Positions 12,601 through 22,500 of a stretch of DNA of 64,000 nt are shown here, piece after piece. The DNA is from Asterias rubens. Its lineage: Eukaryota. The notes beneath the pieces are model-generated. The model saw only the letters and a program-made list of their open reading frames with translations. It had not been told where the DNA came from and did not search any database. Position 1 is the first letter of the stretch; the number at the start of each line of letters is the position of its first letter. Both the position numbers and the translations under genes were made by a program. The stretch is from positions 22,568,001 to 22,632,000 of the forward strand of contig NC_047064.1 in NCBI RefSeq assembly GCF_902459465.1, in the 5' to 3' direction.

Positions 12601-15600
12601 TTTATGCATAACACAATCAACATAAAACAAGAACTATGCGCACATACGCATAACCATTGAGCGCCAATGCCATTGTTGCGGTTTAAAAAAAAATTGATTT
12701 ATTTTACAGATTTCACTTATGAAATCTGTAAAACAAATCAATTGTTTTGCATAACTTTATTATGCTTTTTAACAAAAGGGCATTTATGAATGGGAATAAC
12801 AACGACGCCCTCATAAGCAATCAATAGTCGCGACTCCGACAGTAGTCACCCAGACTTAGACTGAACCTACCTGTGTCTCAACCATCTTGAGACGTTCCTT
12901 GAGTTTGTTATTCTCCTCATTGAGTCTTGCAATCTCAGCATGGAGAAGTTGCTCTCCTTCTCCAGCCATAGGGTCAAGACGCTTCATCTCAAAGGTCGGC
13001 TTGCTCGTCACCTTTAGAGAAAGTCAACAACAAAAGGGACTTTGATATTAAGCAGCTAAATTATATTCATAGTTTTAGTGTTTTGTGGTGTATTATGTAA
13101 ATGAATTTATTCCCATTTTATTTTACAACTTGCATGTAGTTAGTGTAAAATTTCAAACATTTTGGGAAACTAGAATATTAATTTCAAGTTTGACTGAGAA
13201 TACAATGTATGTGACAAATTGATATCAACCTTTGGTTTGTAATGAAATCACTGCAAAGTAAAAGTTCTTTTCAAGCCGTCACAGGAACAAACAATTGCTG
13301 GAACTTATTATGAATAGTTATTCTTTTCCTTTTTTGCATGTTTTTACATATCTCCTCTTTTATCTATTATAATACAAATGTAAAATATTTGATTCAAGTG
13401 TATCATGTGTATTGTCAGAATTGTGGCTTAAATTGTGGCATAAGTTTGGCTAAATTTTAGATGGCCTAGAGGTGTGATATGTGATGCTAAAGGGCATGCC
13501 GTAACCGCTGGTTCAGCAATTGGCCCTCAGTTGTTTTGTTTGGCAATTGTCACTAAGATGACAATGTAGTATTGCTTTAGTAGGAATAAACCATTTGCCA
13601 GTACATTTTTAGGTAAGACTATAGTGGACAGTTGCTATGTCAAATGGTTCGGGGCAAGCGTTTGTATAGCAACCTCCAGATGAGCAAACCCTGGTACCAA
13701 TGTGCCTTACACATCAATTTTGAATTGTGTAAAGGTGTTCACCGTCTCTTAGATAACTAGGCAAAAGCTTGCCCCAAATCATATGACATAGCAACTGTCT
13801 CAATAATCTGAGGAATTCAAATTTAAGTGGTAACTTGTGATCAAGCACATTATTGTTCAAGACAATATACTAAAATCCAACTTGCAAGTGGCTTATTGCT
13901 CAGAGCTTGTATTGTAAGAATTAAAGGAAAGGTTTACATTTGGTTAAATAACTATATTAAAATTATTGGCAACACAAACTTTTGATAAGAAGACTCCAGC
14001 AGCGTTTGATAGCAAAAAGCATTTTGAGAAATATCTCCTGCTTCGAAGTATATGTAATGTGGTTCTTTGAAAAAATAACAGTTTTTATGCCCAAATTTGT
14101 AATCTGAGCAGATAGACTGTGTATTCCAATCAGCGATTATACTTCCTGCATCAACATATTAAACGCTCAGGATTTGGTGATACTCAAAGATTTGACCACC
14201 TTTCGAAATAAAATTGTCAGATTTAGTTTGTTAGTGTATCTACATTTAATCAAACAGTTGGTTTAGGCTTTTAAACACTGCTGAACAACTATTTTGAATT
14301 AATTGCACTAGTGAAGTAAATAAGATATTGGTAAATATTCTCCGCTTGTATCTGTAATTGAACTTTTAATAAGGTGCCTAGTCATACTAACATGTACCTC
14401 AATCTTAAGACCTAATCATGGGAATTTTTGATGTATTGCTGAATCTTTGTAAACACATTTTAAAACAATAAATTAAAAGTGAAGCCTGAGATTTTATCTC
14501 TCAATTATTATTTAGTGTGAAGAGGACTAGGTTGGTTGTGACACAGGTCTGCCATTTTCATCTTTGAGAGGGCAAGGCCATTTCATCTTTGAGATGGCAA
14601 GGCTATTCATCTTTGAGATGGCAAGGCTATTTCATCTTTGAGAGGGCAAGTTCATTTCATCTTTGAGAGGGCAAGGCCATTTCATCTTAGAGAGGGCAAT
14701 GTCATAGGCCATGAGAGGGCAAGGCCATTTCATCTTTGAGAGGGCAAAGTCATTTCATTTTTGAGTGGACAAGGTCATTTCATCTTTGAGAGGGCAAGGT
14801 CATTTCATCTTTGAGAGGGCAAGGCCATTTCATCTTTGAGAGGGCAAGGCCATTTCATCTTTGAGAGGGCAAGGCCATTTCATCTTTGAGAGGGCAAGGC
14901 TATTTCATCTTTGAGATGGCAAGGCCATTTCATCTTTGAGATGGCAAGGCTATTTCATCTTTGAGAGGGCAAGGCCATTTCATCTTTGAGAGGGCAAGGC
15001 TATTTCATCTTTGAGAGGGCAAGGCCATTTCATCTTTGAGATGGCAAGGCTATTTCATCTTTGAGATGGCAAGGCCATTTCATCTTTGAGAGAGCAAGGC
15101 CATTTCATCTTTGAGAGGGCAAGGCCATTTCATCTTTGAGAGGGCAAGGTCATTTCATCTTTGAGTGGGCAAGGCCATTTCATCTTTGAGAGGGCAAGGT
15201 CATTTCATCTTTGAGTGGGTAAGGCCATTTCATCTTTGAGAGGGCAAGGCCATTTCATCTTAGAGAGGGCAATGCCATAGGCCATGAGAGGACAAGGCCA
15301 TTTCATCTTTGAGAGGGCAAGGTCATTTCATCTTTGAGTGGGCAAGGTCATTTCATCTTTGAGAGGGCAAGGTCATTTCATCTTTGAGTGGGCAAGGCCA
15401 TTTCATCTTTGAGAGGGCAAGGCCATTTCATCTATGAGAGGGCAAGGCTATTTCATCTTTGAGATGGCAAGGCCATTTCATCTTTGAGATGGCAAGGCTA
15501 TTTCATCTTTGAGAGGGCAAGGCCATTTCATCTTTGAGAGGGCAAGGCTATTTCATCTTTGAGAGGGCAAGGCCATTTCATCTTTGAGATGGCAAGGCTA

Positions 15601-18600
15601 TTTCATCTTTGAGATGGCAAGGCCATTTCATCTTTGAGAGAGCAAGGCCATTTCATCTTTGCGAGGGCAAGGCCATTTCATCTTTGAGAGGGCAAGGTCA
15701 TTTCATCTTTGAGTGGGCAAGGTCATTTCATCTTTGAGAGGGCAAGGTCATTTCATCTTTGAGTGGGCAAGGCCATTTCATCTTTGAGAGGGCAAGGTCA
15801 TTTCATCTTTGAGTGGGCAAGGCCATTTCATCTTTGAGAGGGCAAGGCCATTTCATCTTAGAGAGGGCAATGCCATAGGCCATGAGAGGGCAAGGCCATT
15901 TCATCTTTGAGAGGGCAAGGTCATTTCATCTTTGAGTGGGCAAGCTCATTTCATCTTTGAGAGGGCAAGGTCATTTCATCTTTGAGTGGGCAAGGCCATT
16001 TCATCTTTTAGAGGGCAAGGCCATTTCATCTTTGAGTGGGCAAGGTCATTTCATCTTTGAGTGGGCAAGGTCAATTCATCTTTGAGAGGGCAAGGTCATT
16101 TCATCTTTGAGAGGGCAAGGCCATTTCTTCTTTGAGAGGGCAAGGCAATTTCTTCTTCGAGAGAACAAAGGGCACACATGATACACATGTCCAGTTGGAA
16201 ATCTTCAATTACTTCATGTACGTGGGAAGCTTTTGAAGGAGCACCAAGGCCAAGACAACAGACACCATAGCTTCTGTGTCTTTCCAAGCCTGCATTGTGA
16301 ACTTTCAATCAGTAAAATAAAAATGACACTTACTGACTTTCCGGAAAACTGACTCTCTTCAAAGTCTGCAATCATTTCTATCAGTTCCCTGGGGGGAAAA
16401 AAAGACACAGTTAAGATGTTAAACCTCCACATCCTGTTGTCACTAAAGTAGAGTGACTTGTTTCTGCATCTGCTGATTGACTGTACTCAACGTTCTGTTG
16501 GACTATCACTATACATGTTCAATATAAAGGTGTTGTATTTATTAGGGGGAATGTTCAAAACAACATGCTGACTTGTCTTGCAAGTGATGAAAATAATCTT
16601 AAAGCTGTGGGGTACAGGAATACGACGCAGGGCCTGGCGGAGATATCTCTTTATGAACCAAATGAATCCTTAATATGATTCCCTGGCAGGAACATTTAGA
16701 GAATTACCGATTTTCCAGTTCAGATATATCAGCCATGAGCTTGAGATGCCATTTCTCTGCCTGTTGGAACAGCTGACGAAGTAATAAGACATTGGTGTGG
16801 GCTGTGTTAATAAGTTCAGACTCCACTTCACCTCGGACTACAGCCTCAAGACCATCAAGCATCTCAACCACTTCATCAGCAGTAAAAGTGTCTTCGGTCA
16901 ACCTGAGAGATTAAATAATAACATTGATTGAATGACTTTAGAACCATTTCACTTCATTTATTAACTCTGGCTGTGAAGCCAGGGACTCTAAGAAAGATGA
17001 ATTTAATCAAACTTAGTACTAGCCATAAAAACAATTGAGACAAAACAACGAAAACAATTTTGATTTTAATGTGGGATGAAAACTTCACAGAAATATTTCA
17101 GGGAAAACTACACAATCAGGTTAGGACATAAAACTCACCTTGTGCCCCCGGCAGGAATCAAACCGAGAGACTAAAAAGTAAGAAAATACATAACTACATC
17201 AACCCGACCACCCAACTTAGTATAGAGCGCCCTCAGGTCAAGCATTCAATGTTTGAGCACAAACACAATACTGCCGGACTTGTCCAGGCATGAGTTTATA
17301 GGCCTAATACTAAAATCACTACCCTTGGCCTTCAGTCCAGTGTTAAATTCAAGCATTGGTTTAATGTTTAACCCTGTATGAACCCCTCAGAATCACTGAA
17401 ACTAACAACCAAATTGATTCTGATTAAGCTTAATAATGATAATAATAATGGATATTTATATAGCGCCCATCCATGTACATACTGGCATGCTCCTGGGCAC
17501 TGAACAATTAAAAAAAATTTTTTATAATCCATACAGTTAAAGGTAGTGGACACTTGGTAATTGCTCAAAATAGTTATTAGCATAAAACCTTACTTGGTAA
17601 CAAGTAATGGGGAGAGGTTGATAGTATAAAACATTCCTCTGAAGTAACGTAGTTTTCGAGAAAGAAGTAATTTTCCACGAATTTTATTTCAAGACCTCAA
17701 GTTTAGAATTTGAGGTCTCGAAATCAAGCATCTGAATGCACACAACTTCGTGTGACAAGGGTGTTTTTTCTTTCATAGTTATCTCGCAACTCCAATGACC
17801 AATCGAGCTCAAATTTTCACAGGTTTGTTATTTTATGCATATGTTGAGATACACCAAGTGAGAAGACTTGTCTTTGACAACTACCGATAGTGTCCACTGA
17901 CTTTAAAAATGTAATAAATGCAGTATTTGTACACAACAATCCATCAAGCTAAGCATAATTTCACGTCTCTGCTAACTGTAAGCAAAAAATAGGCGCCTTT
18001 CAGTAGGGTATTCCGCACTCAAGCATATTTCTAAAGTTGGCAGGGAATTTTACTTGTGCTCATGCATACTTCACCTTACTAGGCATTATTCGCTTACAAA
18101 GCTTGAGCAGAAATTCGGCCCTTGTCCTACAAGCAAAGAATGGTGATCACAAGCGCAGAATTTGGCGGTAAGCAGAGCTATGAAATTGGACCCAGCTGAT
18201 CACTGCTACTCCTGTAAATTCCACATAACAGCCGAGTTACCTGCTGTCTTTGAGATCCTGAAAGCAACCTTCAACACCACGTAGATTCTGGTTGCGTTTG
18301 TAGCGATTGAACCTCATGTAGTTCACCAGCGATTCCTGATGGTGGTCACTCACTCCCAAAGCACTCGCCTAAAAAATAGGAAAAATTATGTTAATATTGA
18401 TCTTTTGATTAAAAAGCAGCTTGAAGTGATAACCCAACAACCACTGGACTGGATAAATGTGCTAGCGCTCTACCAATCGAGCTATCTAGCCCTATTTTGG
18501 CAGTCTCTTTGTTTTGTCAATATCTTTGTTGATGTGCCAGTCAGAAACATTACCAGTCGTGTAGCCAAGAACCAAACCCAAGTTTACGATACAACCTTGG

Positions 18601-20454
18601 AAGGGTAGCCAGGGGACCACCTTAAGGGTACAGTGACCTTATCAGTCAAAATATTAAGTAATAAACCACAAAGGAAGCTGACTGTGTAAATTTTGTACTA
18701 ATTTGGGGTTGAAGAAGGTGTTTTTGTTGTCTTCTTTTGTCTTTGCCTAGTACCTACATGTATTGTAACACTACAGTACTACAGTGCATCATACTGATAC
18801 AGTGATGATTGATCATGGTTTTGTGGCTTGCTGGAGCCCCACAATCACAGACACACCATCTAGCCCCACTTGTGTGGCCAAGGCAAGCTGAATCCTTAGT
18901 TACACGTCCATACCATTTCCTTATGCAGCTAAGAAATAACAATAAATTTCAAATTCTGGCGCCTCCCCTCAAGCCACCCGGCAGTATAAACTGGCTGAAT
19001 GTGTTCAACTATCTCTTAGCTTGCTTTGTCTGTATTGAATAGTGAAACAAATAAAATTTTAACAAGAAATTTTTAACGATAACTTTGCTACCTTACTCCG
19101 ACTCTAATTTCCTCGATTTGTACACGGCGCAGCCATCTTGGAATATGCCAATCAGCATGACATCATCGGCCTGCCTAGCTGAGGGCCCATGAGCTGTGGG
19201 CGGAGTGTGTGGAGTGCGAATACAAATCAACGGCTATCTTATGTGAATTAAGCTTGGGTGTTTTTCGTGAACTACAGAGCGCGTGCGCGTAAAAAGTACC
19301 AAGCTTAATTCACATAGAATAGCCGTTGATTTGTATTCGCACCCTCACAGGCCCACAGCTCGGCAGGCCGATGATGTCATGTTGATTGGCATATTCCAAG
19401 ATGGCTGTGCCATGTACAAATCGAGGAATTTAGAGTCGGAGAAAGGTAGCAAAGTTATCGTTAATTAAAAATTTCTTTTTAACATTTTATTTGTTTGACT
19501 ATTCAATACACACAAAGCAAGCTAAGAGCTAGGTGAACACATTCAGCCGGTTTATACTGCCGATTGGCTCGTAGGGTAGGGGAGGCGCTGCATAACTGGA
19601 AATGGTATGGACATGTGTGGCTACGGATTCAGCTAGCCTTGGCCACACAAGTGGGGCAAACACACCATCGTACAGTTCCACCAGCTTATTTTATACATTT
19701 CGCAAGTTTGTACAAAAACTAAAGTTGACAATGTTAGACACTGTTAAAGTTAAACAATTTGATTGAGCCCTGTGCTGTGGTTAAACTGAAGTGAAATGTT
19801 GAGTTTGTGTTGGGTTGGGTTGAAAAATGGATGGAGATATCGTCCATCCATGGAAAAATTGAGTGCCGTACGCGTACGACCACACACATGACCCACACGA
19901 CTGCAATGAAAATTTAAAAAACAACTTCTTGATGCTTATTCGTAGGTTTATTTAAGTATATTGTTAACTTACTCACCATCATATATTAGCCTCTGTCGTG
20001 TACTCTGTTTGTCTAGTCTGTCTTGTGTTTTCTTTCTTCTGTATAGTATTTTATGTTGTTTGTCTGTCCATAGGTAAGGCACGTCAAAAGCCTCTGCTTC
20101 ACCCTACTAACCTAATTGTTGTCCTACTTTAAAAGCTTCCTGATATATAACTATCTAAATCATTGTAAACTTTCATATCCTAAGATACTAAGTAATACTG
20201 TAAACTACTCATAATTTGAATATATTTATAAAACTTTGTAAAATGTGTAAGTTTAAACATGGAGCATAGTTTATTATTGCTCCATGAGAGTCCATGGTTT
20301 AAATGTAGGGCAGCAAATGTGTGCAAATACAACAAAAAAAAGAGATATTCTTAATAATCCTTCTTCCACAATTTTTCAGAACAAATAATATATAATAGTA
20401 CAGAAACATAATAAACACAAATTGTGATAGTAAAACAAGTTGTCAAGTTACCAT
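3659..20454 (-). CDS. LZTFL1: Leucine zipper transcription factor-like 1 (BBS17), 8 coding exons, 302 aa
   Basis: Exons (- strand): 20454-20452 (ATG only), 18368-18241, 16902-16708, 16388-16334, 13011-12871, 5801-5643, 4686-4582, 3781-3659 (TAA). Total 909 nt, phases consistent. Translation MASALGVSDHHQESLVNYMRFNRYKRNQNLRGVEGCFQDLKDSRLTEDTFTADEVVEMLDGLEAVVRGEVESELINTAHTNVLLLRQLFQQAEKWHLKLMADISELENRELIEMIADFE...ELEKKFSQTGAYKNLKSMLSKKNDQLKDLRSRLRQYEPDN matches LZTFL1 as I recall it (ESELINTAYTNVLLLRQLF, ELEKKFQQTAAY). All introns GT-AG except the last (GC-AG). Confidence 0.95.
5815..6443. repeat. 29-bp minisatellite, ~21-22 copies
   Basis: Unit aaaggaatatgtatgttt(c/a)tacatgttat, period 29 (5821, 5850...). 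Confidence 0.95.
7600..8037 (+). promoter_or_regulatory. Candidate promoter and non-coding first exon of the nested B-box/NHL/GIY-YIG gene
   Basis: Palindromic CRE GTGACGTCAC 7624-7633, ETS-like ACCGGAAAT 7899-7907, strong donor GAG|GTAAGT (intron would start at 8032). Pairing with the acceptor at 10624 is inference. Confidence 0.4.
9549..10065. mobile_element. Non-autonomous repeat ending in a ~180-bp hairpin with a GCCTTCGGC-type loop; truncated same-family copy at 12478-12800
   Basis: 9887-10065 is an imperfect palindrome (tgaatgggaataaaagagtagtga...tcactacccttttattcccttattca). Shared blocks with 12478-12800: gacagttt...gattgg...catcacgtgg and aacaaaagggcatt(g/t)atgaatgggaataa. Confidence 0.65.
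10648..12306 (+). CDS. Intronless RING-less TRIM-NHL-like protein (B-box, short coiled coil, NHL propeller) fused to a Penelope-type GIY-YIG endonuclease, 552 aa, nested antisense in LZTFL1 intron 5
   Basis: Part of the 585-aa ORF 10549-12306. Likely start MATGSK at 10648, downstream of an acceptor (tttttctacag, AG 10623-10624). B-box CQAC-x9-CIKC-x4-CQEC-x3-H-x8-H (10708-10821). NHL-like blades (AYDVAAFSNNDIILAD, NPQRIAVNKDDQLIVID, CLAVDENNHIAVG, HPQGMTVTPDGQLVVAC) ~11035-11790. C-terminal TC-x3-NLVYLISCKKCGLQYVGQT-x5-RFYKH...GEHF...RTEEETKWKKRL-x-TITPSGLN (11788-12303). AATAAA at 12481. Confidence 0.9.
   Translation: MATGSKVMEKLPKGQMSQLKCQACDEGTQAIAKCIKCDHFLCQECQRAHQRMGILKSHQIHTLGSDYEEQSPKTSDKMFTDTKKKISKSAKAAAASVKEEERKLAEEAEQPHEEAKWKLNKSITTFQLMEEKKTLLHAYDVAAFSNNDIILADIKNKVLVVISESKPHPEQLDIRGLKNPQRIAVNKDDQLIVIDHQEVKIFNRQYELLRRFEPKRGKVSYSTLTCLAVDENNHIAVGCRNKAKGLEEISLYEPNGDLIRRLLASGIGNFLMIQTQLCIYWNGDKLHTMDYNEKTVRSTNIGRSGKTPFHPTGMCFIKGIGLYIATRHSSPSEPGEIHQLYPADQQTECVIQDCQHPQGMTVTPDGQLVVACEDSLKIFHRWPSSLKDLFVQEEVPTNQDHVDPRPQGTFQCSSDTSNCVICSVHIKQSTFFKSNKKDTQIEHKTIGHITCTTTNLVYLISCKKCGLQYVGQTKNTLKKRFYKHRSTVNGKKDTIGEHFSQSDHSITDMILQGIEALGLRGNTRKVRTEEETKWKKRLNTITPSGLNKKLKD
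14551..16152. repeat. 25-bp minisatellite, ~60+ copies, with higher-order structure
   Basis: Unit catttcatctttgagagggcaaggc, period 25. A variant (cttagagagggcaatg(c/t)cataggccatgagagg) recurs near 14700, 15275 and 15875. Confidence 0.95.
16543..16674 (+). pseudogene. Decayed fragment homologous to the NHL-coding region (11293-11423) of the nested gene, in LZTFL1 intron 3
   Basis: agggggaatgttcaaaacaacatgctgacttgtcttgcaagtgatgaaaataatc...gggcctggcggagatatctctttatgaaccaaatg aligns with agggggaaggtgtcatacagcacgctgacttgtcttgcagtggatgaaaataatc...gggcctggaggagatatctctttatgaaccaaatg. Confidence 0.85.
17541..17902. mobile_element. ~370-bp TTAA-flanked MITE (Kolobok-like), family A
   Basis: TTAA|AGGTAGTGGACAC...GTGTCCACTGACT|TTAA. 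Confidence 0.85.
18861..19659. mobile_element. Fold-back (palindromic) non-autonomous DNA element, 799 bp, with 10-bp TSD (Mutator-like), in LZTFL1 intron 1
   Basis: Arms tagccccacttgtgtggccaagg... and ...ccttggccacacaagtggggcaa are inverted over ~350 bp with a short central spacer. Flanked by direct repeat ACACACCATC (18851-18860, 19660-19669). Confidence 0.85.
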
Positions 20455-21256
20455 TTTTGAATTTTTCGGCGTTTATTGAGTCCAACTGCGTGACTGTAAA
20501 AACCTGAAGTCGTTTACACTGAAACTATGCCTACCATGAAAATATGGATGGTATCTGTACTCCACACCAAGACAAAGCCACTATAATTCAGCAGGGTATC
20601 AATCTAAAATCACTACAGTTTATCAAAAGGGGGCGCTATACAACCTCATTCGTATAAAGTACCCTTTTATTGTCAATAAAGACAAACCGAAACATTATCC
20701 CACTTTGGAAAAAATGGGTTTTTACATCTGTCGGAGACTCAAAAAGAGAAAAAAATAGGACTAAAAAAAAAAAATAATAATAAAAAAAACAGCAGCCAAG
20801 GAAACTGAAGTTGAAACATTTCCCACCAGGCACGAACTTCTTCGGGGCTATCTCTGCGGGCATACTCATGGGATGCAAGTTGAATATTATACAACCTGAC
20901 AAAACTTGACAAAACTTTTCTTCAACCCAACTGTCAACTCTAGACCATGAAATAACACAAGACAAAATTGTTGAACTAGCACCGAGCCCCGATCCACCAA
21001 TCCTTTATTGGCACTCAGCCCCCCTCAGTATCCCCACCATCATCACTGACCACGCCCTCTATCTTAGATCCATACATGCCCGATACGACCCGCGGCCCTT
21101 CAGAACCTTCAGAAACATCAGACATTAACTTATACTGTATGAAAACGCATGGAGTGGCTTTCAAAACATACAGTAGCCTGAACACTAAATAATTTTAACT
21201 TTTTGGGTCAGATTCATAGGTAATGGCATCTTGAGTCTGGATTGAGGCTATTTTAA

Positions 21257-21644
21257 AGGCAGTGGACACTATTGGTAATTGTCAAAGACTAGCCTTCACA
21301 AGTGGTGTATTCTCATGCGGGATGCATAAAATCTGTGAAAATTTGAGCTCGATCGGTAATCGAAGTTGCCAGATAATAATGAAAGAAAAAACACCCATTG
21401 TCACACGAAGTTGTGTGCTTTCTCCCTGATGCTTGATTTCGAGACCTCAAATTCTAAATCTGAGGTCTCGAAATCAAATTCGTGGAAAAGTACTTCTTTC
21501 TCGAAAACTATACGTCACTTCAGAGGGAGCCGTTTCTCACAATGTTTTATACTATCAACCTCTCCCCATTACTCGTTACAAAGTAATAAGGTTTTATGCT
21601 AATAATTATTTTGAGAAAATAATTACCAATAGTGTCCACTGCCT
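21257..21644. mobile_element. MITE family A copy (opposite internal orientation), between the LZTFL1 and EIF4B starts
   Basis: TTAA|AGGCAGTGGACAC...GTGTCCACTGCCT; internal sequence is the reverse complement of the 17541 copy. Confidence 0.8.
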
Positions 21645-22500
21645 TTGTTGTGCTTCTGTCGCTGGTAGCATAGTGCAATCTTTATTACTACAACTCTTGT
21701 TTGGGTGATCATTTCTAGATTGTATGCTGTAAATTGTTTCCTCCCGTGTCGATGTCACCTTGAGGTGGTCAATGTTGAACGATGGAGGAGCTATCATCCT
21801 CCTCCATAATCTTGTCTGCGCCCGCCCGATGATTGTTTTTTTTGAAAAAAAGATGGTTGTTTTTTTGGTCAAAAATTGCCACTGTCGTGGTTGTTTTGTA
21901 GATCGATTCCAAAAAGCGAATTCTTAAAATAAAATCGGGGAAACAATTTGTTGAGGATGGCAATAATTATTACCGAGAAAACAGCCTCAGCAGGGGATGG
22001 GAAATCGCACACACAAAATTCACTAAAGAATCAAAATAGAACATTTTTTAAAACACACAAAATTTCAACTTGAAATTAAATCACGCTTATTTTGGTAAAT
22101 GTTTAATAATTGTCAAAAAATTAAAAATAATGCAAAGTAATCGACTTCATAATTTAATATTGTTTTGGAGCTGCGCCCGATGGCCAGCAACGGGTTGCCC
22201 ATTATTTTCGCGCACACAATGCATGGAGTCAAATTGGCGACAATAAACTTGTACCAGTCTAAAAAATATATAATATATAATAATTTCGAATAGTGAACAA
22301 AACGTATTTAAACAAATTTAGCTAAAATATTTATGGTCCATACAACACTCCAAGCCATTTATGTGTGTAAATATTTATAAAATATCAATGTAGATTCCAA
22401 GGAAATAAAGACAAATTTTAAGGTATTTCCAAAAACAGCAAAGACACCTAGACAAGTTTATTGTACATCCGGGGAAGTTAATTCGTGGCCAACATTCAAG

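Noticed and set aside
11788-12800. Autonomous Penelope element or pseudo-LTR with hammerhead ribozyme
   Set aside because: No reverse transcriptase in the ORF or flanks, no repeat of the ORF 3' end, and no CTGATGA...GAAA hammerhead core seen downstream of the stop.
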